A stretch of 64,000 nucleotides of DNA, taken from a virus. Of this stretch, positions 1-11,173 are shown in pieces. The stretch spans positions 93,443 through 157,442 of IMG/VR virus record IMGVR_UViG_3300047548_001271; one strand, written 5' to 3'. How positions within the stretch are numbered: position 1 is the stretch's first letter; every line of letters starts with the position of its first letter. The notes under the pieces are model-generated. The model saw only the letters and a list, made by a program, of their open reading frames with translations. It searched no databases and was not told the DNA's origin. Made by a program: the position numbers and the translations under genes.

Positions 1-611
1 TCAGCAAAAGCGAAACCCCTCGTCTGTAAGAAACAACAGACAAGGGGCTAAAATCAGCGTTTAATATTAGAGTTTTCATTTTGCATTCCTCGGTCTAGCC
101 CTTTGAATTGCCTCTGAAACTTGTTCCATTTCTATTGGCGTCAGTCCTGTTTTATAAATTGGGTCGCATGTTTGGTCAAGCATTGATTGCAAGAATCTTC
201 CTTTTTCGTAAAACCCAACAACCCTATTCATTGAATCGACAATTTTATTATTTTTTAAGTAAAACATTCTATTTCCTTTTTAATGAATTCTTTATATTTT
301 CTCTTAACTCTAATTTAAACCTTTGATTTCCAGACCGCTTATAATCAATCAAATTCTCTCTTTTAGAGAAAACAAGCAAAGGATCAACCTTTTTAAATAT
401 TTCTTGACTAATAATATAAATTAGTGAGTGGTTTAAATTTCTCATTTTTTAATATTTCTCTACTTATATTTCGTTTTATTGAATTTGTCGTAATAGAGTC
501 TGAATATATCACCCAAATATTATGATGTAATTTGAAGTCGCATAGATTAATGACTTCATCAAGCAATCGCTCTTTTATAAACTTATTCAATGTTTTCATT
601 CTCTTCCTTTA

Positions 612-685
612 ATAACTCTACTAGGATTCGAACCTAGACTGTCAGATTCAAAATCTGAAGTGCTGACCATTACACCATAGAGCTA
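612..685 (-). tRNA. tRNA-Gln(UUG)
   Basis: Minus-strand cloverleaf: TAGCTCT/AGAGTTA acceptor, anticodon arm TCAGA-TTTTGAA-TCTGA, GGTTCGAATCC T arm; no encoded CCA. Confidence 0.9.
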
Positions 686-687
686 GA

Positions 688-993
688 TTAACCAAAAACA
701 AACTCGCCTTGTTCATTAATGAAAAGCTCTTCGCCGTTTTTAACTCTTTGTTCAATATTTGAGTCTTCATTAGGTTCGACATGATCAACGCAGTAAGTGT
801 TAATTGGTACTTGAATTATTGATGCTTCCCAATTCCACCTCTTACCATCTTCTTCATATGGTCCAATATATTCATCAATTTCGTCGTAAGCAATTTTTGC
901 CGAGTTTCTATCTGTAAAAACTCCAAATATCCTACTTTGTTTTTCATTTCCATATATAACAACATAAACAGAGTTATTTGTATTTTCGTTCAT
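688..993 (-). CDS. hypothetical phage protein
   Basis: ORF track; start moved to MNENT, which follows AAGGG. Confidence 0.6.
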   Translation of the reverse strand: MNENTNNSVYVVIYGNEKQSRIFGVFTDRNSAKIAYDEIDEYIGPYEEDGKRWNWEASIIQVPINTYCVDHVEPNEDSNIEQRVKNGEELFINEQGEFVFG

Positions 994-1206
994 ATCTACC
1001 CTTAAAAAAAACATATGAAAAAGGCCACGGGAAAATCTCTTTTAGACATTTGAAATGCCAAAAATGATCATCAAAATCTATTATGAGATGCGGAACACTT
1101 CTGTTATCATCACGTCTAACCAATTTTAGCTTACCCTTGCCATAAGTCAAGCGAAAAATTAGACCATTTATAAAACAATTACCGTAAGATATTTTCCCGT
1201 GCCAGT

Positions 1207-1743
1207 TTACTTTTCCTCTTGCCATTTTCCTGGAATCCATTTATAGGTTTTAGAACGAACAGTTTCCACCCGCACAGGGGCTGGAGTTGTAATAACCGTA
1301 TCCGCCATAACTTCCGTAATTATAGGACTGTCCACCGTAGTAATTATAGGGCTGCGAACCGTAGTAACCGTAACTGGAGCAGTTGCCTGTTGCACAGTTT
1401 CCACTAGTGTAGGTTGGTGAACCGTAGTAACCGTAACCGGAGTAGTTACTTGTTGCATAGTTTCCACTAGAGTAATAGGCGGGCTGGTTATAATACTCCC
1501 TCTGAATACTTTTACGGGTGATCCTACTGTACGGGCGACCATTTGAGGATATGTAGATGTTGTTACTGTTGTAACTGGTAGTGTTTGGGTAACTGTTGTA
1601 ACTGGATAAACAGGCTGGACAGGAACAATTGGGTAAACTTGAGGATTCAGAGAAAAAAAAACTGGTCTTGACTGATAAAACTGTGCTTGACTAACAGACG
1701 CAAAGGCAACTAAACAAAAGAGAAACGCGAATAAGTTCTTCAT
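1207..1743 (-). CDS. secreted Pro/Thr/Val-rich repeat protein
   Basis: Signal peptide MKNLFAFLFCLVAFASVSQA; internal repeat LVETxQQxTxPVTVTTV; GGAG RBS. Confidence 0.7.
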   Translation of the reverse strand: MKNLFAFLFCLVAFASVSQAQFYQSRPVFFSLNPQVYPIVPVQPVYPVTTVTQTLPVTTVTTSTYPQMVARTVGSPVKVFRGSIITSPPITLVETMQQVTTPVTVTTVHQPTLVETVQQATAPVTVTTVRSPIITTVDSPIITEVMADTVITTPAPVRVETVRSKTYKWIPGKWQEEK

Positions 1744-1815
1744 TTAAAGATCTCCATTGAATTTTATTATGAAAGTGTCACACAATATGACACGCCCATT
1801 ATATTATACTCAATA

Positions 1816-2412
1816 TCAACCCCACTGATTAGCCATAGCTTCAGCAACGCCTAAAAATGTTTTCGATCTGACTTTTCCTCTTTCTGATCGTTTTACATTT
1901 GATGTTTTGTAAAACCAAGCGTCCATACGTTTTCCACTTTTAAAAACAACTGGTGGATCTGGTTGTACAATATTAGTTGGTACTAATTTTGGCAAACCCT
2001 TTAACCACAAACAAGTTTTCTTCGTTGCTGGAAATCCAAACATATACGGCTCAATGATTTGGTCTGGTTTTCGATAAACGTTTGACATAATACCGACTGG
2101 ATTTTCGATGCATATTTTTGGACATGGGTGATTTGCAAACAGCATGAAAAAATCAATACCTTGCTGTTGTCTTCCGTCGGCTCTTTTCTGGGCAAAGTGT
2201 GCAGCCCCAGAACTAGCTAAATGAGTGCATGGAGGAAAGGCAATAATCATATCCCAATCTTCATTTAAGACTGTATTGACATCGCACTGGAGATGGAATT
2301 CGGGAAGGCCGCCAGAACAAGGCTCAATGTCGCATGAAAAAGCCTTGTGACCTTTTTCCCGAAAAGCTTTACAAACAGCTTGACTTTCCTCACATGCAAT
2401 TAGTATTTTCAT
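1816..2412 (-). CDS. DNA cytosine methyltransferase (short phage type)
   Basis: ILIACEES SAM-binding region, catalytic FPPCTHL, IENP motif, C-terminal RSKTFxGxAEAMAxQWG. Confidence 0.8.
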   Translation of the reverse strand: MKILIACEESQAVCKAFREKGHKAFSCDIEPCSGGLPEFHLQCDVNTVLNEDWDMIIAFPPCTHLASSGAAHFAQKRADGRQQQGIDFFMLFANHPCPKICIENPVGIMSNVYRKPDQIIEPYMFGFPATKKTCLWLKGLPKLVPTNIVQPDPPVVFKSGKRMDAWFYKTSNVKRSERGKVRSKTFLGVAEAMANQWG

Positions 2413-3259
2413 ATGTTTCTATTTCTTGTTTAATGACATGTTTATAACTAATAAGAAAAGAGAATAATATTTGAAAAAGTTTATTATTTATATTTATCGG
2501 AATATTTTTATCACTTATTGACTTACCAATTGACATAATGGTTTTAGTATAGATTAAATTTAATGATTTTTTACTCATTTAATTAACTTTGTTGGATTTG
2601 ATTTTTTAGTTCTTCCATAATCATTTTACTTTTAAGTGCAAAAGAGACAGGTAATGGATCATTAGAAGAAAATCTTCTACGAAGTCTGTTATTATACCCA
2701 TGCGTTTTATAAACATCATGGTATAAATTATCCCAAATACAATAATAAACAATATACTCTAGGCCATAAAATTTTTTATTAGTCATTTTCGAACTCTTTG
2801 GTTTAACAATAAACAGACCATCCGATAAATTAATTTCTGGATAATTCATGATTTATTAGCGTTCTTAATTCCCAGCCAAACACACTCGAAAAAATATTCT
2901 GCTTAATCATATTGTTATAAATAATTCTCATTATAAAAATGTCAACTAGTTGCTGTGACAAATCATATCTTACTTTTATTTGAGCTTTCCATTCAATTGT
3001 ATTTATCATGATTATTTATCTTTTTTTTTAATTCGAATAAAAATTCATTGGTAATTAATCTTTTTATTTTTTTATCATGAAAAACAGATCTTCTGTTAGC
3101 ATATAGTTCATTTGATCGTAAAACTCCGTGCCAAACAAGTCGGCGTTTAGACATTGTAACTTCACATGTGCCAAAATATAAATCTATATTTAATAAATTA
3201 TATATAATCTGTCTTAAAGACATAAATATCCGCCTAAAACTTGGTATATGTAAGAGAAT

Positions 3260-3463
3260 TTAGATTAATGAATATCTCTTCGGATCAGCAAGTCCATTAT
3301 CAAGCCTGTCAACTGTCGTTATGTAGACGTGGGTGTCATCTTTGCACAAAACCTCATTCTCTTTTAGTTGTCTATCTCCAGGGTCTATAACCATAGATTT
3401 ATGACTTCCAAAACGAGACGGAGTTGTAATTGATACTGAATTATCATGTGGTTTTTTCGCCAT
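3260..3463 (-). CDS. hypothetical phage protein
   Basis: ORF with GAGG RBS, tightly coupled to the macrodomain gene. Confidence 0.55.
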   Translation of the reverse strand: MAKKPHDNSVSITTPSRFGSHKSMVIDPGDRQLKENEVLCKDDTHVYITTVDRLDNGLADPKRYSLI

Positions 3464-3464
3464 T

Positions 3465-3920
3465 TTATTTTCCTTCTAATGAGCAAACAACTACTGGTCT
3501 ATTCCAGTATTTATTTATAAGTGATACTATTGTATTCCAGTTTCCACCAGCAAGCCCAGATCCAAACTTTGGACACACAATTAATTCCGATGGATATTGT
3601 TTTTGTATTTTTTCTAAGCAAATCTCTAATGCGTGATAGTGTATTGGCGTCTTATTGACAACTGAAATCACTCCATTTTGAGCGCACATATTGATAACTT
3701 TGATATTTTCACTAACATCAACAGCTAAAATTTCTCCTAGCACTTGATACTCTTTAAGCATGTGGTATTCCTTTTTAACATTAGGCCACTTATTCATAAG
3801 AGCTTTAGCGAAGCCGGAACCAAATTTATCAATATTATTTACTATGTGAGGAATTATAACTTTTTGATCTCTGTATAATTCTGCAATCTTTAGGGCATCA
3901 CCATCTTGGTAGTATATCAT
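3465..3920 (-). CDS. macrodomain (ADP-ribose processing) protein
   Basis: GDA, HIVNN..FGSGFAKAL and PKFGSGLAGGNW macrodomain motifs. Confidence 0.85.
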   Translation of the reverse strand: MIYYQDGDALKIAELYRDQKVIIPHIVNNIDKFGSGFAKALMNKWPNVKKEYHMLKEYQVLGEILAVDVSENIKVINMCAQNGVISVVNKTPIHYHALEICLEKIQKQYPSELIVCPKFGSGLAGGNWNTIVSLINKYWNRPVVVCSLEGK

Positions 3921-4411
3921 TAGAACGGAACCCTGTCAAAAAGATTTGCTTGGACATCTGCGGGTTTGTAACTCGGACCTTTTACCCACTTGCCATCGGC
4001 GTTTCGATGTCCATCAATAAACTTGCTTGCGTTAGATGCATTAACCTCATTTAATACAGGTTCTAAACTACATCCAAAAATAATAGACGTTCCAGCAACT
4101 CCAACCCAAAATAGATCAGCGGCACCATCCATTGCTTCTACAATGTCTGGTTTTTCTTCGGCGACAAATTTAAAATCGTGAATATTTAAATCGTCATGTC
4201 TAAGAAACATTTTTCCACTATCGAAATAGTTTTCGCTTAGGTACAATCTAACTCCACACCCTCTAACAATTAGCTCAAGAGCTTCTTCGAGAATTAGTTT
4301 AGCCCTCAAAAGAAGTTCTGATTCGCTTGGTGTAGTTAGTGTGTCCGGAGTATTTTGTCCGGCATTTTTCATAAATTCCACAACTTTATTAACATGATGT
4401 ACTAAATCCAT
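3920..4411 (-). CDS. MazG-like / PRA-PH family nucleotide pyrophosphohydrolase
   Basis: LRAKLILEEALE..., EAMDGAADL, SNASK...DGKWVKGPSYKP. Confidence 0.8.
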   Translation of the reverse strand: MDLVHHVNKVVEFMKNAGQNTPDTLTTPSESELLLRAKLILEEALELIVRGCGVRLYLSENYFDSGKMFLRHDDLNIHDFKFVAEEKPDIVEAMDGAADLFWVGVAGTSIIFGCSLEPVLNEVNASNASKFIDGHRNADGKWVKGPSYKPADVQANLFDRVPF

Positions 4412-4717
4412 TTTTATCTCCTTTAATGTTTATGCGTGTTATTATTTAATAGTTCGATCATTGTCGCTATAAGCAGTCCAATACCACGGAACCAAACTAT
4501 ATCTAATATGAATGCGACAACTTTAATCATTTAATATGAACTCCAAAAACTCACCAACTTTATTGTCATCATAATAAGGGTCTATGTTTTCCGGAACAAC
4601 AGAGTTTGGATACAAATCTTTGTATGTGTTATAACATACTTGACCCCATCTTTTATCTTGAGTTTTATTTTTGAATACTTGAGAACAATAGGTTAAAAAT
4701 TTTACGGCGTCCATAAA

Positions 4718-5080
4718 TTACCTTTTAGGTTTCCATTCGTAGGTTTGAACTGGAACTTTTTCAACTTCTTCAAAGTCGTATGAGTCACCAGTTATCTCTG
4801 CTCCATAGTGACTAGCATAGTACCCATCAATTCTGAAAAATTTAGTCTGTCCTTCGTGTTCTACGGAAAAAACAGACCAGTATTCAGATCCTTGACCTTC
4901 TCCACCATAATGATCAACGAGATCAATTTTAAAACCACACTTTAAAAGCTCTTTATAACAAACGCTCCATGTGTTATTATCGTCACAAAAAAGTGATCTG
5001 TAATAATCAGTCCAATCAAAATCTTCCAATTCAGAAGTGCATTTTTTAATAGTTTCAATTAGTTCTTTTTTCATTTTCAA
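4718..5080 (-). CDS. conserved hypothetical phage protein
   Basis: HYGGEGQGSEYW..V and GYYASHYG motifs of a common small phage protein family. Confidence 0.6.
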   Translation of the reverse strand: MKMKKELIETIKKCTSELEDFDWTDYYRSLFCDDNNTWSVCYKELLKCGFKIDLVDHYGGEGQGSEYWSVFSVEHEGQTKFFRIDGYYASHYGAEITGDSYDFEEVEKVPVQTYEWKPKR

Positions 5081-5876
5081 GTTCCTTTTTTAAAACATTT
5101 GATTTGAATTTTTCATAAAATTCGTGGTTATGATTTAGTATTTCTTCCCAATTTTCAATTGCAAAATCTCTAAACCACCCACTACATAGTGTGGTACAAA
5201 TCTTTTCAACAGCATCAAGAAAAGCGAATTTTGGTGGGTATTTAGGGTCTTTTAATAAGAATCTTTCAATAGCAATCACAAAACCTTCTTCTCTAACGCA
5301 TTTTACTTTGTCTTCATGAGATAGTTCATCCCATTTTGATTTTTTACACCAAACCGTTTCACTGTTAGATTTTAATCTTTCAAAGATTGGTTTGTCATAA
5401 TAACAAGTCCAACGATGAAGATCGTCGTGGTCATAAATTCTTGTAACATAATTGTCAAAAAATTGTTTTTTATTCTGATTTAACTTTGAAGTTCTATCTC
5501 CATATTTTTCTTTAGTTTTAGCTGTTAAATCATTTAACAATTCATAGTATTGATCATCAACATCAACTTGTTTTTTAAGTGTGTGATAATCTCTGATATG
5601 TTTATAAAATTTAAGAGGTCTATGTAGATGACTTCTTTTTATCAACATTAGTCCGACTTGATTGACTATTGTAGCTTCCCCAACTGGTGTGTCAAGCGTT
5701 TTTCCAGAAGAATATCGTTCACATACAGTAAAAAGAGGAAGGTCTGTAGGTGAGACATCAACTTGTAAAGACGGGTCTGAATTTATATTTTCATCTGTGA
5801 CAATATCATAGTCATTTTTTGTGTTGTCTTTTTGCGTCCAAAAGTTGAGAGCTTTAGAGCCGATTAGGTATTTCAT
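5055..5876 (-). CDS. conserved phage protein, nucleotidyltransferase-like N-terminus
   Basis: LIGSKAL..DYD N-terminus, HDDLH and CTTLCSGWFRDFAIEN motifs. Confidence 0.6.
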   Translation of the reverse strand: MKYLIGSKALNFWTQKDNTKNDYDIVTDENINSDPSLQVDVSPTDLPLFTVCERYSSGKTLDTPVGEATIVNQVGLMLIKRSHLHRPLKFYKHIRDYHTLKKQVDVDDQYYELLNDLTAKTKEKYGDRTSKLNQNKKQFFDNYVTRIYDHDDLHRWTCYYDKPIFERLKSNSETVWCKKSKWDELSHEDKVKCVREEGFVIAIERFLLKDPKYPPKFAFLDAVEKICTTLCSGWFRDFAIENWEEILNHNHEFYEKFKSNVLKKELENEKRTN

Positions 5877-6408
5877 CTAAATCTCCATGCATCTACCCTA
5901 GTTTTTAATAAAATATTTTCTTTAATAACACCCATAATTCTTAGATTAAGAGTAATTTTATTAAAAATTTTAGATGAAAAAAAATCAAATCCATAAGCGA
6001 GAAATATATCATTATTAAAATTCTCATATAATGATATATAGTTTGGATATTTTTCATGTGCTATGTTGTAATCCATTTTTAATCTCCTGATCAATTATCA
6101 CTAAAACAGCAAAGATTTCAGAACAGACTAAACTATGAATACGAAGATTGATTTTATCAAGTATTTGATATTGTATATTACCTACAATTATATAATGCGA
6201 TCGCCGTAAACTTTGTAACTCAATAGTCATAATAAAAAACTTCTAACGTTTTAACTCAGTTTCAATTTCTCCGTAAATTATTAAAAAGTCTAAATTTTTA
6301 GATATTATTTTATAAACATCGTCTATAAAAAATTTATTTTTAGATTGGCTTTTAATTTTGAGAGATATTATAGTTTCTAATTTAATCATCTGTCGATATA
6401 CAGACCGT

Positions 6409-6738
6409 TCAAGATTGCTCATGAATATTTCCACAAATTAATATTGATTTAAAAAGCTGGACTCCATCACTACCGCCGGAATAACTAGCATGAATTGACG
6501 ATTTTATTTCCGCTTTGACAACTATTCTTGTTTTCTGTTTTGGTTTAGCTTGATGTCCATCAAACCAAGAATAGCATTCTACAATATCGGCCTCATATAT
6601 GTCAACCCCTTTTTCATCTTTTAGACCAGTAAAATATTCCATTTGGTAATCATCGCCAATGTCTTTTGGTATATCACCTATTTTTTCAATGTAGTAATAT
6701 TGCCATTTTTTATTGGACCAGATTCTAAATTTTTTCAT
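6409..6738 (-). CDS. YopX family protein
   Basis: KFRIW...FTGLKDEKGVDIYEADIV...GNIHE. Confidence 0.75.
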   Translation of the reverse strand: MKKFRIWSNKKWQYYYIEKIGDIPKDIGDDYQMEYFTGLKDEKGVDIYEADIVECYSWFDGHQAKPKQKTRIVVKAEIKSSIHASYSGGSDGVQLFKSILICGNIHEQS

Positions 6739-7292
6739 TTTACATCCAAGCTTATAGCACGTCGCATCAACGAACAAATAAAACCCATTTTATAATCAAG
6801 TATATTCCTTGGATACGGTTGAGATAAAAACATTGCAAAATTACTTGTAAACTTATTTAACATAATAAATGACTCATCACGAGCATGAACTTGATGAGCA
6901 ATTTTATTTTTTATATTGTTTGTGTTATATTTAATCATTTTATTTTATTCTACTGTTAGTGTGTAATATAAATAGTTGTAGGTGGATACCATTATCTAGT
7001 TTGTTAACTATAGTATTGGCGATTTTATCATTTAAATCAGTATCAATAAATTTACAAAAATTGTAGCCCAATGAGATTTCTGATTTAAGCACTGATCTTT
7101 GTAGTGCATTATCTATCGAGTCTATCATTATTTAATTCTCTCACTATACTTTTTTTAAGAAATCTTAGAAGATGGTCGCTTGGTATAATTTTATTTTCGA
7201 ACTTATATGTAGCTGAGCACTGGATATCCCAATCTAAATATAATATAAAATATGTTTGTATTATTTTTGTTTTTGATTTACTATGAACGTGT

Positions 7293-7589
7293 TTAATCAT
7301 TTATAGTAACACCTTTACGTCGATCATAAAATCTTTCAATATTTAATTCTTTCCATTCTCCATCGACAAGTTTCCACATAGTACATTCGTTTGGAATTAT
7401 ATGATAACGATACCTATTCGCATGATCCGGAAGCCTATTATCCTCCTTATCTGGATGATAAGCAACATAAGCTAAAGAACTCTTAGCGTGTCCAATATTT
7501 GAGTAGGTTTTCCACGCCGGTCTTCGAGTTGGAATGTATGTCCCGTAAACGTGTTGTTTTTCTTTTTTATTATTGTTTGGATTAAACAT
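7293..7589 (-). CDS. hypothetical phage protein
   Basis: ORF translationally coupled to its neighbours. Confidence 0.55.
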   Translation of the reverse strand: MFNPNNNKKEKQHVYGTYIPTRRPAWKTYSNIGHAKSSLAYVAYHPDKEDNRLPDHANRYRYHIIPNECTMWKLVDGEWKELNIERFYDRRKGVTIND

Positions 7590-7803
7590 TAGAATAAATC
7601 TCCATCATTGAGAAAATCACCCAAAATACTTCCAGCAACGTCGCCTCCAACTAAAAAGCCAAGTAATGCATTATCAGTGACCATTGATACGGCAGTGGAG
7701 ACCGCTAGATTAATAAGATCATCTGATTCATAGGTCTCTCCAGTTACTTTGCAGTAGTGAGATTGAATTACTGGCATTTTACAATGTTTGCATATGTAAT
7801 TAT

Positions 7804-8535
7804 TCATAGACCAAACGCCTCCAATGTGTATTTAAATGGGTTTTCTGGTATCTGCTTGACCAACTCAACCATTTTAGTCCCTATCTCTCGGATTTCAACT
7901 TGAGCCTCGTCTGAAACTCTCAGCTTTACAAAATTATGAAAACATGACATATTCATCATCACACTGAGCGTGATTTGAGAGTTGTACGTCTTGAAAAATC
8001 TAGCAGATTCTTTTGCTCGCTTGCGACCAAGAACTGGTGCTAAGTCTTTTAGACAATCGTGATATAGAGCATTACCAAGTTTAGTATACCACTCTAAAAC
8101 ATCCGTCCATGTATTTGGACAGTCTTTTACTGGTCCAGCACTAAAATCAATTGAGTGCTCATCAAAACCTTGTTTAATTAAGAAATTGAAGAATTCATTT
8201 GATGTCGGTATATCTTTCCAATCTTTCGGCAAGCAATATTTATCTTCCTTCAACTCTTGATACCTGGCACTTTCACCATTGATATTTGCTAGTCGATGTT
8301 TAAGTAGATGAATGTGACTAGCCGTGTCACAGGTGATTAGCCATTCTACAGTGCCACGCTCAAACGGCGTTTTGTGGGGTTTGCCAGTCCCGTTGTTCCA
8401 TAGCTTATTGACAATTAGGTTTCTGATTTGCTCGTCTGTGCGGCTGTCAACATCAATGCTCGTGGAGGTCCATGCGGCTCTCGCAATAGCTCTATCGCCA
8501 CCATACCATCCGATCAGTTCTACCTTATTTTCCAT
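7804..8535 (-). CDS. thyX: FAD-dependent thymidylate synthase ThyX
   Basis: IARAAWTS, HKTPFE, HLLKHR...NGESARY, LR..EAQVEIRE motifs. Confidence 0.9.
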   Translation of the reverse strand: MENKVELIGWYGGDRAIARAAWTSTSIDVDSRTDEQIRNLIVNKLWNNGTGKPHKTPFERGTVEWLITCDTASHIHLLKHRLANINGESARYQELKEDKYCLPKDWKDIPTSNEFFNFLIKQGFDEHSIDFSAGPVKDCPNTWTDVLEWYTKLGNALYHDCLKDLAPVLGRKRAKESARFFKTYNSQITLSVMMNMSCFHNFVKLRVSDEAQVEIREIGTKMVELVKQIPENPFKYTLEAFGL

Positions 8536-9730
8536 TGACTTTCCTTTTTAGTTGAAGTGTTTGTAATTGTTTTTGTTTTTTGGTGAGGTTGTTTATTACC
8601 ATATCATATGATTTAGACATAGTAGCCCTCAATTTTTGAAAAGCTTTTTCATCTGACATTGTTCTTGGATAATGATAGAATGCACACCCAAAGTCAAGTA
8701 TTACTGGGCGAGTTTTTGTCCTACATCTATCCACGCCATCTTCTTCAATCCAGCATTTCAATCGACCATCATCATTTTTAATACGCATACATTTGTAAAA
8801 CATTATTTAACCCTTACAAGTTTTTATTAATATTCTCAAGACCATTAGCTGACCAAGCAACTTGAAAAATAAACAAAAGGAAATAAATAACCCAAGCTGC
8901 ATAATAAGCAACCGCATGTCCAACAAATGTGGCCGTATCAAGATAATTGATAATCAGCGGCATACAAGCAAACAAAACGACAATTTGAAACGCATTAAAT
9001 AGAACCATTATAATCTCCTATAGCACGAGTAAAAGTATAATACGAGAACCAAGGGTAACTTTTTTCTAATTCAGATTCAAACTTTTCAATATCTAAAATG
9101 AGAAGTTCGTAAGAGTTAATTTTTCTTGATACTGTAAAATTAAGTTCTGTTTGTAATATATATATTATATTGTTTATTTTAAGCATCTCCACTATTCCTT
9201 ATCTCTTTATCTGTCATATCCTCGATATCTAGCAATGTTGCCATTGAATTTTCTCTGAAAAAAAAGCTATATATTTTTGTAGTCAATTTTCTTCTAGTAG
9301 CATATGAAGAAATTCGTAGTCTAATAAAATCTTGTATTCTTTGTGGTAATAGCTTCATTAATTGCCTTGCTGTGTTTTGTTTTTATTTCATTGAAAAGTG
9401 ATTCATTATCAAATAATGATATGCTGTTATTAGTTATTCGATGTATTTTACAATCTATCGCTCCAGTTTTAACTAGTATTCTATAGCATTTTGTAAATAT
9501 CAAATTTGTGAAGTAGCTCATTTGTCTCCAAAATAGCTTTTTTGAAACCACCTTTTTTTAGTTTATTGAATTCATCGCGTAGTGTTAGTTTATTGGATTC
9601 AGTGCGTAGTGGCAAATACAACTCATAAGTCTTTTCATGTGCGTTATAAGTTAATTTAGTGCAAGTTTCATAACACACATTACTATATATTTTACTAACT
9701 ATATTATTTATTTTAATCATTTATTAGTCC

Positions 9731-9764
9731 AAAAAAAACACGGAGCAGTTTCCCGCTCCGTGTT
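9731..9764 (-). terminator. rho-independent terminator
   Basis: AACACGGAGC-GGGAAACT-GCTCCGTGTT followed by a T run, downstream of 9785..10252. Confidence 0.85.
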
Positions 9765-9784
9765 AATCTTTCCGATTTATTTAA

Positions 9785-10252
9785 TCAGTCGCGAGCGCGG
9801 CGTTCGGCGGCTTGCTCGCTATCCCATTCTCGCTGATACACAATCTGAACACTCTTGAAACAAGCTGGAATAGTAACATCACCGTGTACGGGATGGGTAA
9901 TTGTCGCGCCATTTGTCAGCTTAAGAAATGGACCATTCAGACTTAGCTCATTCCATTCTGATGGAACATACATTTTCACGCCTTCAAGTGATGCAAGACA
10001 GTGCTTAGAGCCAATCGTGTTTTCGTTACCTGGCACCAAGTTAAACATCGCTTGGCGTTCTACATAACCTCGTGGAGGATCTTCATCATCAACCAAGACG
10101 ATTCCAAAATCACCTTGCCAAACCGCGTCTCCATCGACACACGCTTCGGAAAACGTGTAAGGTTGACCAGGTGTGATGGTATCATGACGACCATCAGCAA
10201 TCTGCTTGGCATAAGCAACAATATCAGCAACTTCAACTTCACAATTAACCAT
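9785..10252 (-). CDS. conserved hypothetical protein (usual partner of DUF6745 proteins)
   Basis: WQGD, H..H (HPVHGDVTIP) and QREW motifs; adjacent to a DUF6745-like gene. Confidence 0.6.
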   Translation of the reverse strand: MVNCEVEVADIVAYAKQIADGRHDTITPGQPYTFSEACVDGDAVWQGDFGIVLVDDEDPPRGYVERQAMFNLVPGNENTIGSKHCLASLEGVKMYVPSEWNELSLNGPFLKLTNGATITHPVHGDVTIPACFKSVQIVYQREWDSEQAAERRARD

Positions 10253-10266
10253 AATAAAACCTTTCT

Positions 10267-11136
10267 TTAAGTACGAGCAATAGTGCGAACTTTACGACGA
10301 CCAATAACAGAGTTTGAACCAACACCAGACAGCCACTTTTGAGCACCCTCACAAGTCCTTGTTTCTTCCAGGGTTTGAATACCCTTTACAAACACTCGAC
10401 CTGTTGGACAAACACAAACTAGTCTACGACCAAATCTATCTGTATCATATAGTGCTTCAAGAGTTCCTTCAACTTCATTTCTTCGAGAATCAAGTTTAAC
10501 TGATTTACTTTCAGCAATATATCGTTCCCAACCAAATCTATCAATCATGATCGATTGAATATCTGAATTTTGTTCATCATTGATTTGTTTGACTGTGAGC
10601 GTTTCGGGTCTCATGACAATTTGTTCAGTGACTTGATTACCACGAATACACCAGATCGAAAAACCGTCGGAATAACGGATAGCTGGGCCGCTTTCGTTGT
10701 GAAGAACGCCGTTCTCAATGTTGATTTGTTCAGGCTTTCGCACTAGATACAAAGTATCATCTTTTTGGTAATACATTGAAACGTTAAGTGCTAAAGTAAC
10801 CAAGTCCTCTAGTCGAGGATCTAGTTCTAGTTTTATTACATCACGAAAATATGTGTAATAAGCAAGCCACGAAGCTTCAAAAGAACCAAAACAAGACTGA
10901 TTAACAAAGTCTGGATCTTTGACTATATTATATATCGCTTTAGGCGAAGGAACTATCTCGTATTTAGTTGGAGCGTTTTGTTCATTTGCTCCTTCGTAGA
11001 TATTTTTTACAGCTCTCAAACAAGCTTCTTCGTCAACATTTTGATCCGTTGAACATCCAATCTTCAACCACTTTTCAATCCAAACCGGCATCATAGCTTC
11101 TTGTTCCGGCGTAAGTTCTGTTATTTTTTCCGTCAT
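10267..11136 (-). CDS. DUF6745-like domain protein
   Basis: LTPEQEA N-terminus, LHNESGPAIRYSDGF, IDRFGWERYI, CPTGRVF. Confidence 0.7.
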   Translation of the reverse strand: MTEKITELTPEQEAMMPVWIEKWLKIGCSTDQNVDEEACLRAVKNIYEGANEQNAPTKYEIVPSPKAIYNIVKDPDFVNQSCFGSFEASWLAYYTYFRDVIKLELDPRLEDLVTLALNVSMYYQKDDTLYLVRKPEQINIENGVLHNESGPAIRYSDGFSIWCIRGNQVTEQIVMRPETLTVKQINDEQNSDIQSIMIDRFGWERYIAESKSVKLDSRRNEVEGTLEALYDTDRFGRRLVCVCPTGRVFVKGIQTLEETRTCEGAQKWLSGVGSNSVIGRRKVRTIART

Positions 11137-11173
11137 AATTAATTCCTCTAAAAATACATTAAAATAGTAAAAG

